This document shows, piece by piece, positions 18,772 through 26,845 of a stretch of DNA of 35,973 nt. The stretch's first letter is position 1, and each line of letters starts with the position of its first letter. The stretch covers positions 1-35,973 of the forward strand of contig JBFGJH010000031.1 of the NCBI GenBank assembly GCA_041577335.1. Reading direction: 5' to 3'. Both the position numbers and the translations under genes were made by a program. The notes beneath the pieces were generated by a model. That model saw only the letters and a list, made by a program, of their open reading frames with translations, was not told where the DNA came from and searched no databases. Origin of the DNA: Acidimicrobiia bacterium (GTDB taxonomy: Bacteria > Actinomycetota > Acidimicrobiia > Spongiisociales > JAENVV01).

Positions 18772-20423
18772 GGGCAGGGACCACCTGGGTTGTAGGTGAT
18801 CGTGGAGCCGGCCGTCACCGTCCAGGTCTCCTGATGAATCTCGGTGCCGTCGTCACACATCTTCACGATGTCGTAGTCTCCGGGGTCGAGTGCGACGCTG
18901 GCCTGATTGGCCACATTGGAGAGAACCCTGGTGAAGGCCTCGACGCCGCCGGCGCCGCGGTAGCCGTAGTCGCCATTGGCGCCCGCATTGTTGAGGAGTA
19001 CCAGCCCCGAGGCAGGCGGAGTGAACATGGTGAAGGTGACGAGTCCCGGCGCCGGGATCCCGGTCGACGGCGGGATCGGATCATGTCCATAGGGCGAGGT
19101 AGCACCAGCGGTGACGGGTGAGGTCACAGTCAGCCAGATACCGATCTGGCCGTTCGCGTCGGATTCCACTGCGATAGGAGTCGGAAAGATCGCACTGTCG
19201 ATGTCGACGACGACTCCATGGATCGGACGGCCGTCTTCATCGATGAACTGCCGCTCGAAGAAGACCGTCACGTCGGGCGTCATGAAGATGTCGAGATCGT
19301 CCGTCAGGTCGCCCGGGTATCCGCTGGGAAGCTGATAGCTGCTCAACACGACGGGGACGTACCCATCGGCAAAGACGGTTATGTCGTAGTAATTGGGGAC
19401 CACCGGATAGCCGTTGATCGTGGTGATATCCCATACACCGGAATTGTCGCCGGTGAAGGTGGTGGAGTCGGCGCCGTCGTCGAGGATCAGAATTGCATCG
19501 GCGGTGATCGCGTTGCCCGTGACGTCGTCGAAGATCTCGACTTCCAGCTCGGCCGGTTGGTAGATGGCGAGGTTGTTCTGGGTCGTGTTGGTGACCGGAG
19601 CATGGGCGCGGTTGCCGCTCGATTCGATTACGTCGGGCATGATGTGCCAGGTTCCATCGCTGACTAGAAACCCCGGGCACAAGTCGATGTCGTACCAGAA
19701 ATCAGGGTCGGCCGGGTTGCTCGAGTTAGGCACCACTCCGGGGAAGTCCTGCTTGTCGTCCAGATCGGGCGAGATGTAGCTCTGGAAGGGATGAGAGATG
19801 CATGTAATCGGGTTGGGATCGGCCAGTGACAGGCCAGCGAAGGGCTCGTGGCGCACCACATCGACGATGACGTTCGCGGTCCCTTCGTGGGCGCCGATGT
19901 TCGGCGGCGCCGCAACGGTACGGAAGGTGACCGGATCTACGAGGCCATCGGCGTGGCGAACTTCTACTTCGACAAGCTTGTAGTCGATGCCGAAGTCGAG
20001 CACGCCATCCACGCCGTCACCGTCTATGGGAGCGCCACCGTTGTCTGTCCGTTCGATCACGTCGAGCCCGGTTGAGGATCCCACGTAGGAAACGGCGACG
20101 TCGTACTCGAGGCCGACGCCTTGAATCGTGGCTGTCTGCGTCCCGGCCGGCAGGACTCCCGATGGAGTTCCCGTGGTGTAGCCGAGATCGCCGTAGTCGA
20201 TGGCGTTGAGTTCTTCGATCCGCGCTTGGGCGTAGTTGGACATGATGGCGTTGACCTTGGCGCGGCGGATTCCGTTGAGGCTGGCGACGAGGCCAGCGGT
20301 GAGGAGAGCCAGTACAACGGCGAGGACGGTGAGGCTGACGACGGCTTCGGGCAGGGTGAAGCCGGATTCATCCTTCAGTTTTCGCGAAGAATGAGGATCG
20401 CAGGTCTCGGCTGAGTGTTGCAT
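18768..20423 (-). CDS. PilV/GspI-like minor pilin with long C-terminal beta-rich domains (cassette A)
   Basis: DESG|FTLPEAVVSLTVL with Glu5, AQARIEELNAIDYGDL, YKLVEVEV. About 370 further residues resembling beta-sandwich repeats (e.g. YDITVFADGY). Confidence 0.78.
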   Translation of the reverse strand: MQHSAETCDPHSSRKLKDESGFTLPEAVVSLTVLAVVLALLTAGLVASLNGIRRAKVNAIMSNYAQARIEELNAIDYGDLGYTTGTPSGVLPAGTQTATIQGVGLEYDVAVSYVGSSTGLDVIERTDNGGAPIDGDGVDGVLDFGIDYKLVEVEVRHADGLVDPVTFRTVAAPPNIGAHEGTANVIVDVVRHEPFAGLSLADPNPITCISHPFQSYISPDLDDKQDFPGVVPNSSNPADPDFWYDIDLCPGFLVSDGTWHIMPDVIESSGNRAHAPVTNTTQNNLAIYQPAELEVEIFDDVTGNAITADAILILDDGADSTTFTGDNSGVWDITTINGYPVVPNYYDITVFADGYVPVVLSSYQLPSGYPGDLTDDLDIFMTPDVTVFFERQFIDEDGRPIHGVVVDIDSAIFPTPIAVESDANGQIGIWLTVTSPVTAGATSPYGHDPIPPSTGIPAPGLVTFTMFTPPASGLVLLNNAGANGDYGYRGAGGVEAFTRVLSNVANQASVALDPGDYDIVKMCDDGTEIHQETWTVTAGSTITYNPGGPCP

Positions 20424-20429
20424 ACAGGT

Positions 20430-20457
20430 CCATCGGCGGAAGGGTTTCGAACCTCAA
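20430..20457 (-). promoter_or_regulatory. Sigma-28-like promoter of cassette A, probably leaderless
   Basis: Minus strand TTGAG-N15-GCCGATGG followed by 6 nt and the ATG at 20423. The -35 element deviates from TCAAG. Confidence 0.55.
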
Positions 20458-20527
20458 GCGCCATCCGAATCCCACTCCTAGTGACTAGTGCGGCAAAAAA
20501 AAACACCGCGAGTGGCGCTCCAAAGCC

Positions 20528-20555
20528 TCAAGCTCAGGGCCTGCATCGCCGAAGT
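20528..20555 (+). promoter_or_regulatory. Sigma-28-like promoter of cassette B
   Basis: (C)TCAAG-N15-GCCGAAGT, then GGGAG RBS and GTG at 20584. Confidence 0.7.
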
Positions 20556-20583
20556 ATTACCAAGTCTCAGGGAGTAACAAGCG

Positions 20584-22101
20584 GTGCACATCAAGGGATT
20601 CTGGAAAAGCGAACGCGGCTTCACGATCGTTGAAGCAACGGTGTCGATGTTCATTCTGGGCATCTTCGTTGCCTTCGTGGCCGGCTCGATCATCTCCTCA
20701 CTCGCCGCCGCTCAGCGGGTTCGCTGGTACCAGCAAGCAACCGCGCTGGGCAACGAAGCGGTCGAGGGGGTTCGTGACCTGGCATTCGACGACATCGTGA
20801 TGACGCTCGGGGACCCGACCATCGCCACGAATCCCGACATCACTACCGCGGGCCCCGACCTGATTTTTGATCCCGACGGAGCGGGACCGCTTGCTCCCGA
20901 GGTTGTGGTCGCCACCGCGGCGGGAGGTTCGATCAACCCCCATCAGCTTCCCCCCCGCATGGTCGACGATCAGGTGTACACGATCCGCCGCTACGTGACC
21001 TGGGTAGATGACACCGTGCAAGGAGGGCCAGGCGAGGACTACAAGCGGGTCACCGCCGAGATCATTTGGGAAGACCGCGACACCGACCGCGTCTACACCA
21101 CATCGACGTTCATCACCGAGGCGCGGCGCGGTCTGCCAACGCCAAAATTCCAGGTTGCTCCCGATATTCAGGAGCTGACCGTTGAGCCCGGCTTCGAGGC
21201 GGTGTTCAGCTACGGCGTAGAGAACCTCGGCATCGTCGACACCTACGACGTCGACTGGACGTTGCCGGCGGGCCGTACGTGGACCATCATCCCGTACCTG
21301 GAAACGTCCGTTCCCGCCAACGTGACCTACGACGCGGGCGACACGATCCTCTTCGACACCAATGCCAATGTTCTGCGGGACACCAATTCGGTGGGCACCG
21401 GGGAAGAAGTCCTCATCCACTTCGTGTGGACGCTCGACCCGTTCGAGACGCTGGGCACGTCCGTTGTCCCGTTCGTCATCAGTTCCGGGGCGGATGCCAC
21501 CTCCAACAAGACCGTGTCGGCGGTCATCAACGTCGGCGGTGCCTCCCGCTCGCTGTACCTGCACGATGACCCGTTCCCGCCGATCGGTGACGAGGACATC
21601 GAGGATCAGTACCTGATGACCGAAGACATGCCGACCGCCACGACGCTCTACAACTACTCAACCGATCTCGACACAGAACCGGGCCGACAAATCAAGCCCG
21701 GCGGAAGTCCGGTTGCGACAGATCGGAAGAAGGCCCAGTGGGTGTTCCAGGCGCCGGAGGCGTTGGTGCTCGACGGCGACCTCCGTTTCGAGACATTCGT
21801 CGCCAACGATGCCGCCAATTGCGGCCAACCCGTGGCGCTGGAAGCGGTGATTCGTCAGAAGAACTCGGCCGCTGCCGGCGGCGGCACCGTGCTCGCTTCG
21901 GCGGCTGGCATCGTAGTGCTCGACTGCAATTTCCAGCTGGTCTCCACCACGCTGGCGGTGTCGCATACCGTGCCCAAGAACAAGTGGATTGAAGTCACGC
22001 TCTATGTAGACCAATCCATCACCAACCTGCCGGTGCGCGTCGCCTACGACACCGTTGCCTACCCGTCGGCGTTGGTCATTCCAACGGTGGTTTCGCCATG
22101 A
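20584..22101 (+). CDS. PilV/GspI-like minor pilin with C-terminal Ig-like/beta domains (cassette B)
   Basis: SERG|FTIVEATVSMFIL with Glu5, ATALGNEAVEGVRDLAFDDI, YKRVTAEIIW. VENLGIVDTYDV resembles an Ig-like strand. Confidence 0.78.
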   Translation: MHIKGFWKSERGFTIVEATVSMFILGIFVAFVAGSIISSLAAAQRVRWYQQATALGNEAVEGVRDLAFDDIVMTLGDPTIATNPDITTAGPDLIFDPDGAGPLAPEVVVATAAGGSINPHQLPPRMVDDQVYTIRRYVTWVDDTVQGGPGEDYKRVTAEIIWEDRDTDRVYTTSTFITEARRGLPTPKFQVAPDIQELTVEPGFEAVFSYGVENLGIVDTYDVDWTLPAGRTWTIIPYLETSVPANVTYDAGDTILFDTNANVLRDTNSVGTGEEVLIHFVWTLDPFETLGTSVVPFVISSGADATSNKTVSAVINVGGASRSLYLHDDPFPPIGDEDIEDQYLMTEDMPTATTLYNYSTDLDTEPGRQIKPGGSPVATDRKKAQWVFQAPEALVLDGDLRFETFVANDAANCGQPVALEAVIRQKNSAAAGGGTVLASAAGIVVLDCNFQLVSTTLAVSHTVPKNKWIEVTLYVDQSITNLPVRVAYDTVAYPSALVIPTVVSP

Positions 22102-22640
22102 TCGATCGCCTCAAATCGGAAGACGGGCTCACGCTGTCGGAGGTGCTGGTCGCCATGTTGATCAGCTCCCTCGCCCTAGCCCTATTGGCGGCGATGGTTT
22201 CCAGCGGCACGCGCGCCGAGATCTTCACCCGCAACGACAGCGTCTCACTCGATGAGATGAGAATCACCGCCGAGCGGATCACCAAAGAGCTCCGACAAGC
22301 ACGCCTCTTGTATCTCGACTCGACGGACTACATGGCCCATTTCTGGGTGGATTACGATCTCGACAACCAGCAAGACCTCGAAGAGAAGATCTACTGGGAA
22401 GTCCGCGACGATGGCACCGGAGACTTCGATCTCGTCCGATACACCGAGGCCACCCCGACTCCGTTGGTGATTTCCGAATTCGCAATCGATGGCGGACCGG
22501 TATTCAGCTACGACCCGGTGCTTCCCGGCATCGTCCGCAATGTTCGCTTCGCAATTGTGTTCGATGTCGATCCCACCCAAGCGCCCGTCGCTCACACGGT
22601 TGAATCAACGATCCGCCTGCGAAATCAGGCAACACCATGA
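22098..22640 (+). CDS. PilW/GspJ-like minor pilin (cassette B)
   Basis: SEDG|LTLSEVLVAMLI with Glu5, ITKELRQA, C-terminal IRLRN. ATGA overlaps on both sides. Confidence 0.8.
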   Translation: MIDRLKSEDGLTLSEVLVAMLISSLALALLAAMVSSGTRAEIFTRNDSVSLDEMRITAERITKELRQARLLYLDSTDYMAHFWVDYDLDNQQDLEEKIYWEVRDDGTGDFDLVRYTEATPTPLVISEFAIDGGPVFSYDPVLPGIVRNVRFAIVFDVDPTQAPVAHTVESTIRLRNQATP

Positions 22641-24076
22641 AAGGTCAATCCGCTATGAACCGCTTACGCCAGTCCGATTCGGGGTTCAGCCTCGTGGCCG
22701 TGCTCGTCGTTGGCATCATCATGATGATGGTCACGGCAGGCATCGCCTTTCGGGTGGTCAGCGACCTCGACCAGGCCCGATACGACCGCGGCTGGCAACG
22801 GTCCCTCCATGTCTCCGATGCCGGAATCGACCATGTGCTCTACCAACTCGTCGACGACAGCACCTTCACGCAGGGACCGTTGCCGCCCGGGCCCTTCGCC
22901 GACAACGCCGCCGAGAAGGCCTGGGTGCTCAACCAGGCGAACGCCGCCCCAGCCGCCGAACTCACCACCGTCACCGAAGGCCAGTGGTGGATCATGAAAC
23001 CCACCACCGCAGAAGCGCAGATCTGGTCGGTGGGGTTCGTGCCAAGCCGCAACGACCCTCGCTACGTCCGTGTGTTGCGAGTCGCCTACGATTTTGCGCC
23101 TTTCGAGCCGGGCGGAGCATTCGTGACCGACGGCGACGTCGAAATCGCCGGCAACGGGGTGGTGGATGGGTCACTTGGCAATGTTCACGCCAACGGGGAC
23201 GTCAACGTGATCGGCGGCAGCGCCACCATCTCGGGAACACTGACCGCCACAGGGACAATCACGCCGGCGAGCGTGCTCACCTCGGGCACCGTCGTCGGCG
23301 ACAAAGCCAACTCAGGCGACGGCTTTCCACGCGTCGATATTCCTCTGCCCAATTTCCAGGATTACTTCAACGCATCCGAGTACATCCTCTGCCCGGACGG
23401 ATTCGTTTGGGCCGGCCCCGCCTATGTCGACGGGCCCGAGCCGAAAGCCAGTCCCGGAGACGTGCCGTGCACGACCGGCAGCCAGCTGGGAGACGCCTCA
23501 GGGATCTCCTATCGCGGATGGGACTTCCAGGGGATCGATGCGTCGGCGGGCGCCGAGTGGCGTGTCACCGGCAACACCGTCTTCCGTGGTTCCTATTACA
23601 TACATGGCGGTTCGGCGACCATCAGCGGCAACCCTTCCGAAGACGCCTCGGTCTACAACGGGTGGCGGGTGACGATCTATGCCGCGCCGTCGGTCGGATT
23701 CGAGACCTGCCCAACTGTCGTCGGCGGCGACATCGAGATCTCCGGAAACCCCGACATGGAGCCTTGGAACACCGACGGCATCCTGCTTGTCGCTGGCAGG
23801 GACGTCGAGCTGAGAGGCAATCCTTCGCAGGGCCAGGCCACGATCAACGGCTTCATCTACGCCTACGAACAGGCCTCGGTTCAAGGAAATCCGGCGATAA
23901 CGGGATCAGTGGTGACGTCGGACGGCAAGACCAACGCGGCCTCGCCGAGTTGCCACACCGCAGGGTCGCCGGTCTCGATCAACGAGATCTCCGGCTCGGC
24001 TGTCATCGTCTACGACGACGAACTGGCCGTGCCGCTCGGCGACAACATCCGCATCACCCATTGGAACGAGCTCTAG
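22637..24076 (+). CDS. PilX/GspK-like minor pilin with a C-terminal beta-solenoid-like domain (cassette B)
   Basis: SDSG|FSLVAVLVVGII without Glu5, SDAGIDHVL (the PilX A-[ED]-A-G helix), repeated (I/V)xGN motifs, GNVHANG, terminal WNE. Confidence 0.75.
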   Translation: MKGQSAMNRLRQSDSGFSLVAVLVVGIIMMMVTAGIAFRVVSDLDQARYDRGWQRSLHVSDAGIDHVLYQLVDDSTFTQGPLPPGPFADNAAEKAWVLNQANAAPAAELTTVTEGQWWIMKPTTAEAQIWSVGFVPSRNDPRYVRVLRVAYDFAPFEPGGAFVTDGDVEIAGNGVVDGSLGNVHANGDVNVIGGSATISGTLTATGTITPASVLTSGTVVGDKANSGDGFPRVDIPLPNFQDYFNASEYILCPDGFVWAGPAYVDGPEPKASPGDVPCTTGSQLGDASGISYRGWDFQGIDASAGAEWRVTGNTVFRGSYYIHGGSATISGNPSEDASVYNGWRVTIYAAPSVGFETCPTVVGGDIEISGNPDMEPWNTDGILLVAGRDVELRGNPSQGQATINGFIYAYEQASVQGNPAITGSVVTSDGKTNAASPSCHTAGSPVSINEISGSAVIVYDDELAVPLGDNIRITHWNEL

Positions 24077-26259
24077 AGCTCCGCCGGCGCTCCCTGGATC
24101 CGGAAGGCCTCGTAGACGCCGTCAACGCCTTGCAGATGCGAGATGAGATTGCCTACCTGAGACGGATCGGACAGCTCGACTGCATAGCGAAGAATGGCTA
24201 CACGGTCCCGGCCACTCGCCGATGACGAGGCAACGATGTTGCCGCCGACGTCGGTGATGGCGGCCGACACGTCTCGAAGGAGGCCGCTGCGGTCGAGGCT
24301 CTCCACCTGCACCCAGATCGCGAAGGTCCCAATGCGCTCGGGTGCCCAGTTCACGTCGATCATGCGATCAGGCTGATCGCCGAGACTCGAGACGTTGGTG
24401 CAGTCTGATCGGTGAATCGAGACTCCCCGGCCGACCGTCACGAATCCAACGATGTCGTCTCCCGGCACCGGCGCACAGCAACGAGCGATCCGAACCAAGA
24501 CGTCGTCGAGGCCCTCGACGATGACCCCGGTGCCTGGGCGGCGGAGCGACTTTGGAGTGCGGGGTGGAGCGAGCAGGTCGGGCTCGTCGTCGGGAACGTC
24601 GGGGCCGCGCACCAATCGAGCGAGACGGTTGATGACGACCGGCCCTCCGATGCCGCGCTCTCCCACCGATATCAGCATACCGTCCACCGAAGGGAACCCC
24701 AGCTCTTCAGCCACGACCGCCAGCAGGCTCTCGCGCTCGGACGGTTTGAGGCCGAGGCCCTCGCGGCGGATGAGCCCGGCGATGGTGGACCGACCGTCGG
24801 CGAGGGCAACCTCACGCCGTTCCTTGGAGAACCATTGACGGATCTTGGCCTTGGCCCGAGAGGTGCGAACAAAGCTCAGCCAGTCCCGGCTCGGGCCATT
24901 GCGGCCGCCGCGAACGATCTCGACGATATCGCCAGACTCGAGAATCGACTCGAGGGGCACCAATCGCCCGTTCACCCTCGCTCCCGAACACGAGTGCCCG
25001 ACCTCGGTGTGGACGGTGTATGCAAAATCCACCGGCGTCGATCCCGCAGGAAGGGTGACAACGTCCCCTGCCGGCGTCACCACGAACACCTCGTCCTGGT
25101 AGAGGTCGAGCTTCAGCTGTGTGAGAAAATCGGTGGGGTCGGTGTGCTCCTCCTGGATGCGGCGCAGGTCGGCCATCCATGGCAGGTCGCCCGATTCGAC
25201 GTGCTGTTCTTTGTATCTCCAATGCGAGGCAATGCCGGTCTCCGCCCGGTGGTGCATCTCTTCGGAGCGAATCTGCACCTCGAGAGGCTTGCCTTCTGGC
25301 CCGATGACGGTGGTGTGGAGGCTTTGGTACAAATTGAACTTCGGCATGGCGATGTAGTCCTTGAACCGACCGTGCACGGGTGGCCATGCCGAGTGGATGA
25401 ATCCGAGGGCGGCGTAGCAGTCCCGCACATCCTTCGTGATGATGCGGATGCCGATGAGGTCGTGAATACTCTCGAATGCATGGCCTGACTCAACCATCTT
25501 GCGATAGATCGAGTAGTGGTGTTTTGGCCGTCCCGACACCTCGCCGGAGATTCCGGCATCCGCCAACATCGATGTGACCTCGGCAATGGACTTCTCGATG
25601 ATGCGCTCACGCTGGGGAGCGCGCTGTTCGATGAGGTCGGTGATCTCTGCGTATCGACTCGGGAAAAGGACCTCGAAGCAGCGGTTTTCCATCTCGTGTT
25701 TGATTTCCTGGACGCCCAGACGGTGCGCGAGAGGCGCATAGACCTCGATGGTCTCCGACGCCACCCGACGGCGCTTCTCTTCGGGCAGGGGTCCCAGCGT
25801 TCGCACATTGTGGAGGCGATCCGCCAATTTGATGAGGAGCACCCGCACATCTTGAGCCATGGCAATCACCATCTTGCGAATCGTGGCTGCTTGCGCTTCT
25901 TCACGGGAGGCGTATTTGATGCGATCGAGTTTGGTGACTCCGTCGATCAACGAAGCCACCGTGTCGCCGAATTGGCCGCGGAGCTGCTCGAGCGTGATGT
26001 TTGTGTCTTCGACTGTGTCGTGCAGCAATGCCGCCACCAGCGTGTCTCGATCGAGGCCGTAGTCGGCAAGGATCTGAGCGACCGCAACCGGATGCGAGAC
26101 ATACGGCTCGCCGGAGCGACGGAATTGCCCTTGATGGGCGGCTTTGGCCACCCCATAAGCCTCCACCAACACCGGCCGGCCGGCAGGACCATGGATCTCG
26201 ACGTATGCATCGAGGAGCTGGTCGAGCTCCGAGCCCGCGACTGCTGGGCCGTCAGTCAT
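24073..26259 (-). CDS. relA: Bifunctional (p)ppGpp synthetase/hydrolase Rel
   Basis: HQGQFRRSGEPY, intact ALLHDTVED hydrolase motif, KLADRLHN, RFKDYIA, YQSLHTTV, EVQIR, TGS (TPVDFAY), CC and ACT regions. Confidence 0.96.
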   Translation of the reverse strand: MTDGPAVAGSELDQLLDAYVEIHGPAGRPVLVEAYGVAKAAHQGQFRRSGEPYVSHPVAVAQILADYGLDRDTLVAALLHDTVEDTNITLEQLRGQFGDTVASLIDGVTKLDRIKYASREEAQAATIRKMVIAMAQDVRVLLIKLADRLHNVRTLGPLPEEKRRRVASETIEVYAPLAHRLGVQEIKHEMENRCFEVLFPSRYAEITDLIEQRAPQRERIIEKSIAEVTSMLADAGISGEVSGRPKHHYSIYRKMVESGHAFESIHDLIGIRIITKDVRDCYAALGFIHSAWPPVHGRFKDYIAMPKFNLYQSLHTTVIGPEGKPLEVQIRSEEMHHRAETGIASHWRYKEQHVESGDLPWMADLRRIQEEHTDPTDFLTQLKLDLYQDEVFVVTPAGDVVTLPAGSTPVDFAYTVHTEVGHSCSGARVNGRLVPLESILESGDIVEIVRGGRNGPSRDWLSFVRTSRAKAKIRQWFSKERREVALADGRSTIAGLIRREGLGLKPSERESLLAVVAEELGFPSVDGMLISVGERGIGGPVVINRLARLVRGPDVPDDEPDLLAPPRTPKSLRRPGTGVIVEGLDDVLVRIARCCAPVPGDDIVGFVTVGRGVSIHRSDCTNVSSLGDQPDRMIDVNWAPERIGTFAIWVQVESLDRSGLLRDVSAAITDVGGNIVASSSASGRDRVAILRYAVELSDPSQVGNLISHLQGVDGVYEAFRIQGAPAEL

Positions 26260-26773
26260 ACCTCACCAAGGCGTGCGTTCGGCAGCCGTTGAGGCGCTCA
26301 CGTCCTTGCAGGGCGACCAATTCGACATAGGTCGCAAATCCAACCACGTGGGCTCCGAGGCTCTCGATGAGCTCGAGCGCAGCCGCCGCCGTACCGCCCG
26401 TGGCGATGACGTCGTCGACGATGAGTACCCGATCGCCCGCGGCGACGGCGTCGGCGTGAAGTTCCAACTTGTCGGTGCCGTACTCCAGGCTGTATTCGAT
26501 GCTGCGCACTTGATACGGGAGCTTGCCCGGCTTTCTGATCGGCACAAATCCCGCATCGAGCACGGTTGCGACGGGTGTCGCCAGGATGAATCCTCGAGCC
26601 TCGATCCCGGCGACGTGAGTCACTCCGTCATTGATGAACGGAGCGGCGAGGTCGCTCACGATGGAGGCAAATGCATCGGCGTCGGCCAACACCGGCGTGA
26701 TGTCTTTGAAGACGATGCCCTGCTTGGGAAAGTCGAGTACGTCTCTGATGAGCGATTCGGTCTCGTGTTTCAC
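26252..26773 (-). CDS. apt: Adenine phosphoribosyltransferase
   Basis: DFPKQGIVFKDITP, GIEARGF, RKPGKLP, YSLEYGT, PRPP motif VLIVDDVIATGGT. Confidence 0.95.
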   Translation of the reverse strand: MKHETESLIRDVLDFPKQGIVFKDITPVLADADAFASIVSDLAAPFINDGVTHVAGIEARGFILATPVATVLDAGFVPIRKPGKLPYQVRSIEYSLEYGTDKLELHADAVAAGDRVLIVDDVIATGGTAAAALELIESLGAHVVGFATYVELVALQGRERLNGCRTHALVRYD

Positions 26774-26845
26774 CGCCCCACTCTACCCCGGAAAGCCCCT
26801 CCGCAGGCAGACGCGGGCCGGTTCACGGCGCTACTCGGTGCGCCG

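Noticed and set aside
20424..20583. Invertible promoter switch between the two cassettes
   Set aside because: Only 6-7 bp inverted repeats, no recombinase in the window, and each direction already has its own promoter motif.
16428..24076. Mobile element or prophage origin of the minor-pilin insert
   Set aside because: No integrase, transposase, flanking direct repeats or tRNA target seen, and composition does not look obviously different by eye.
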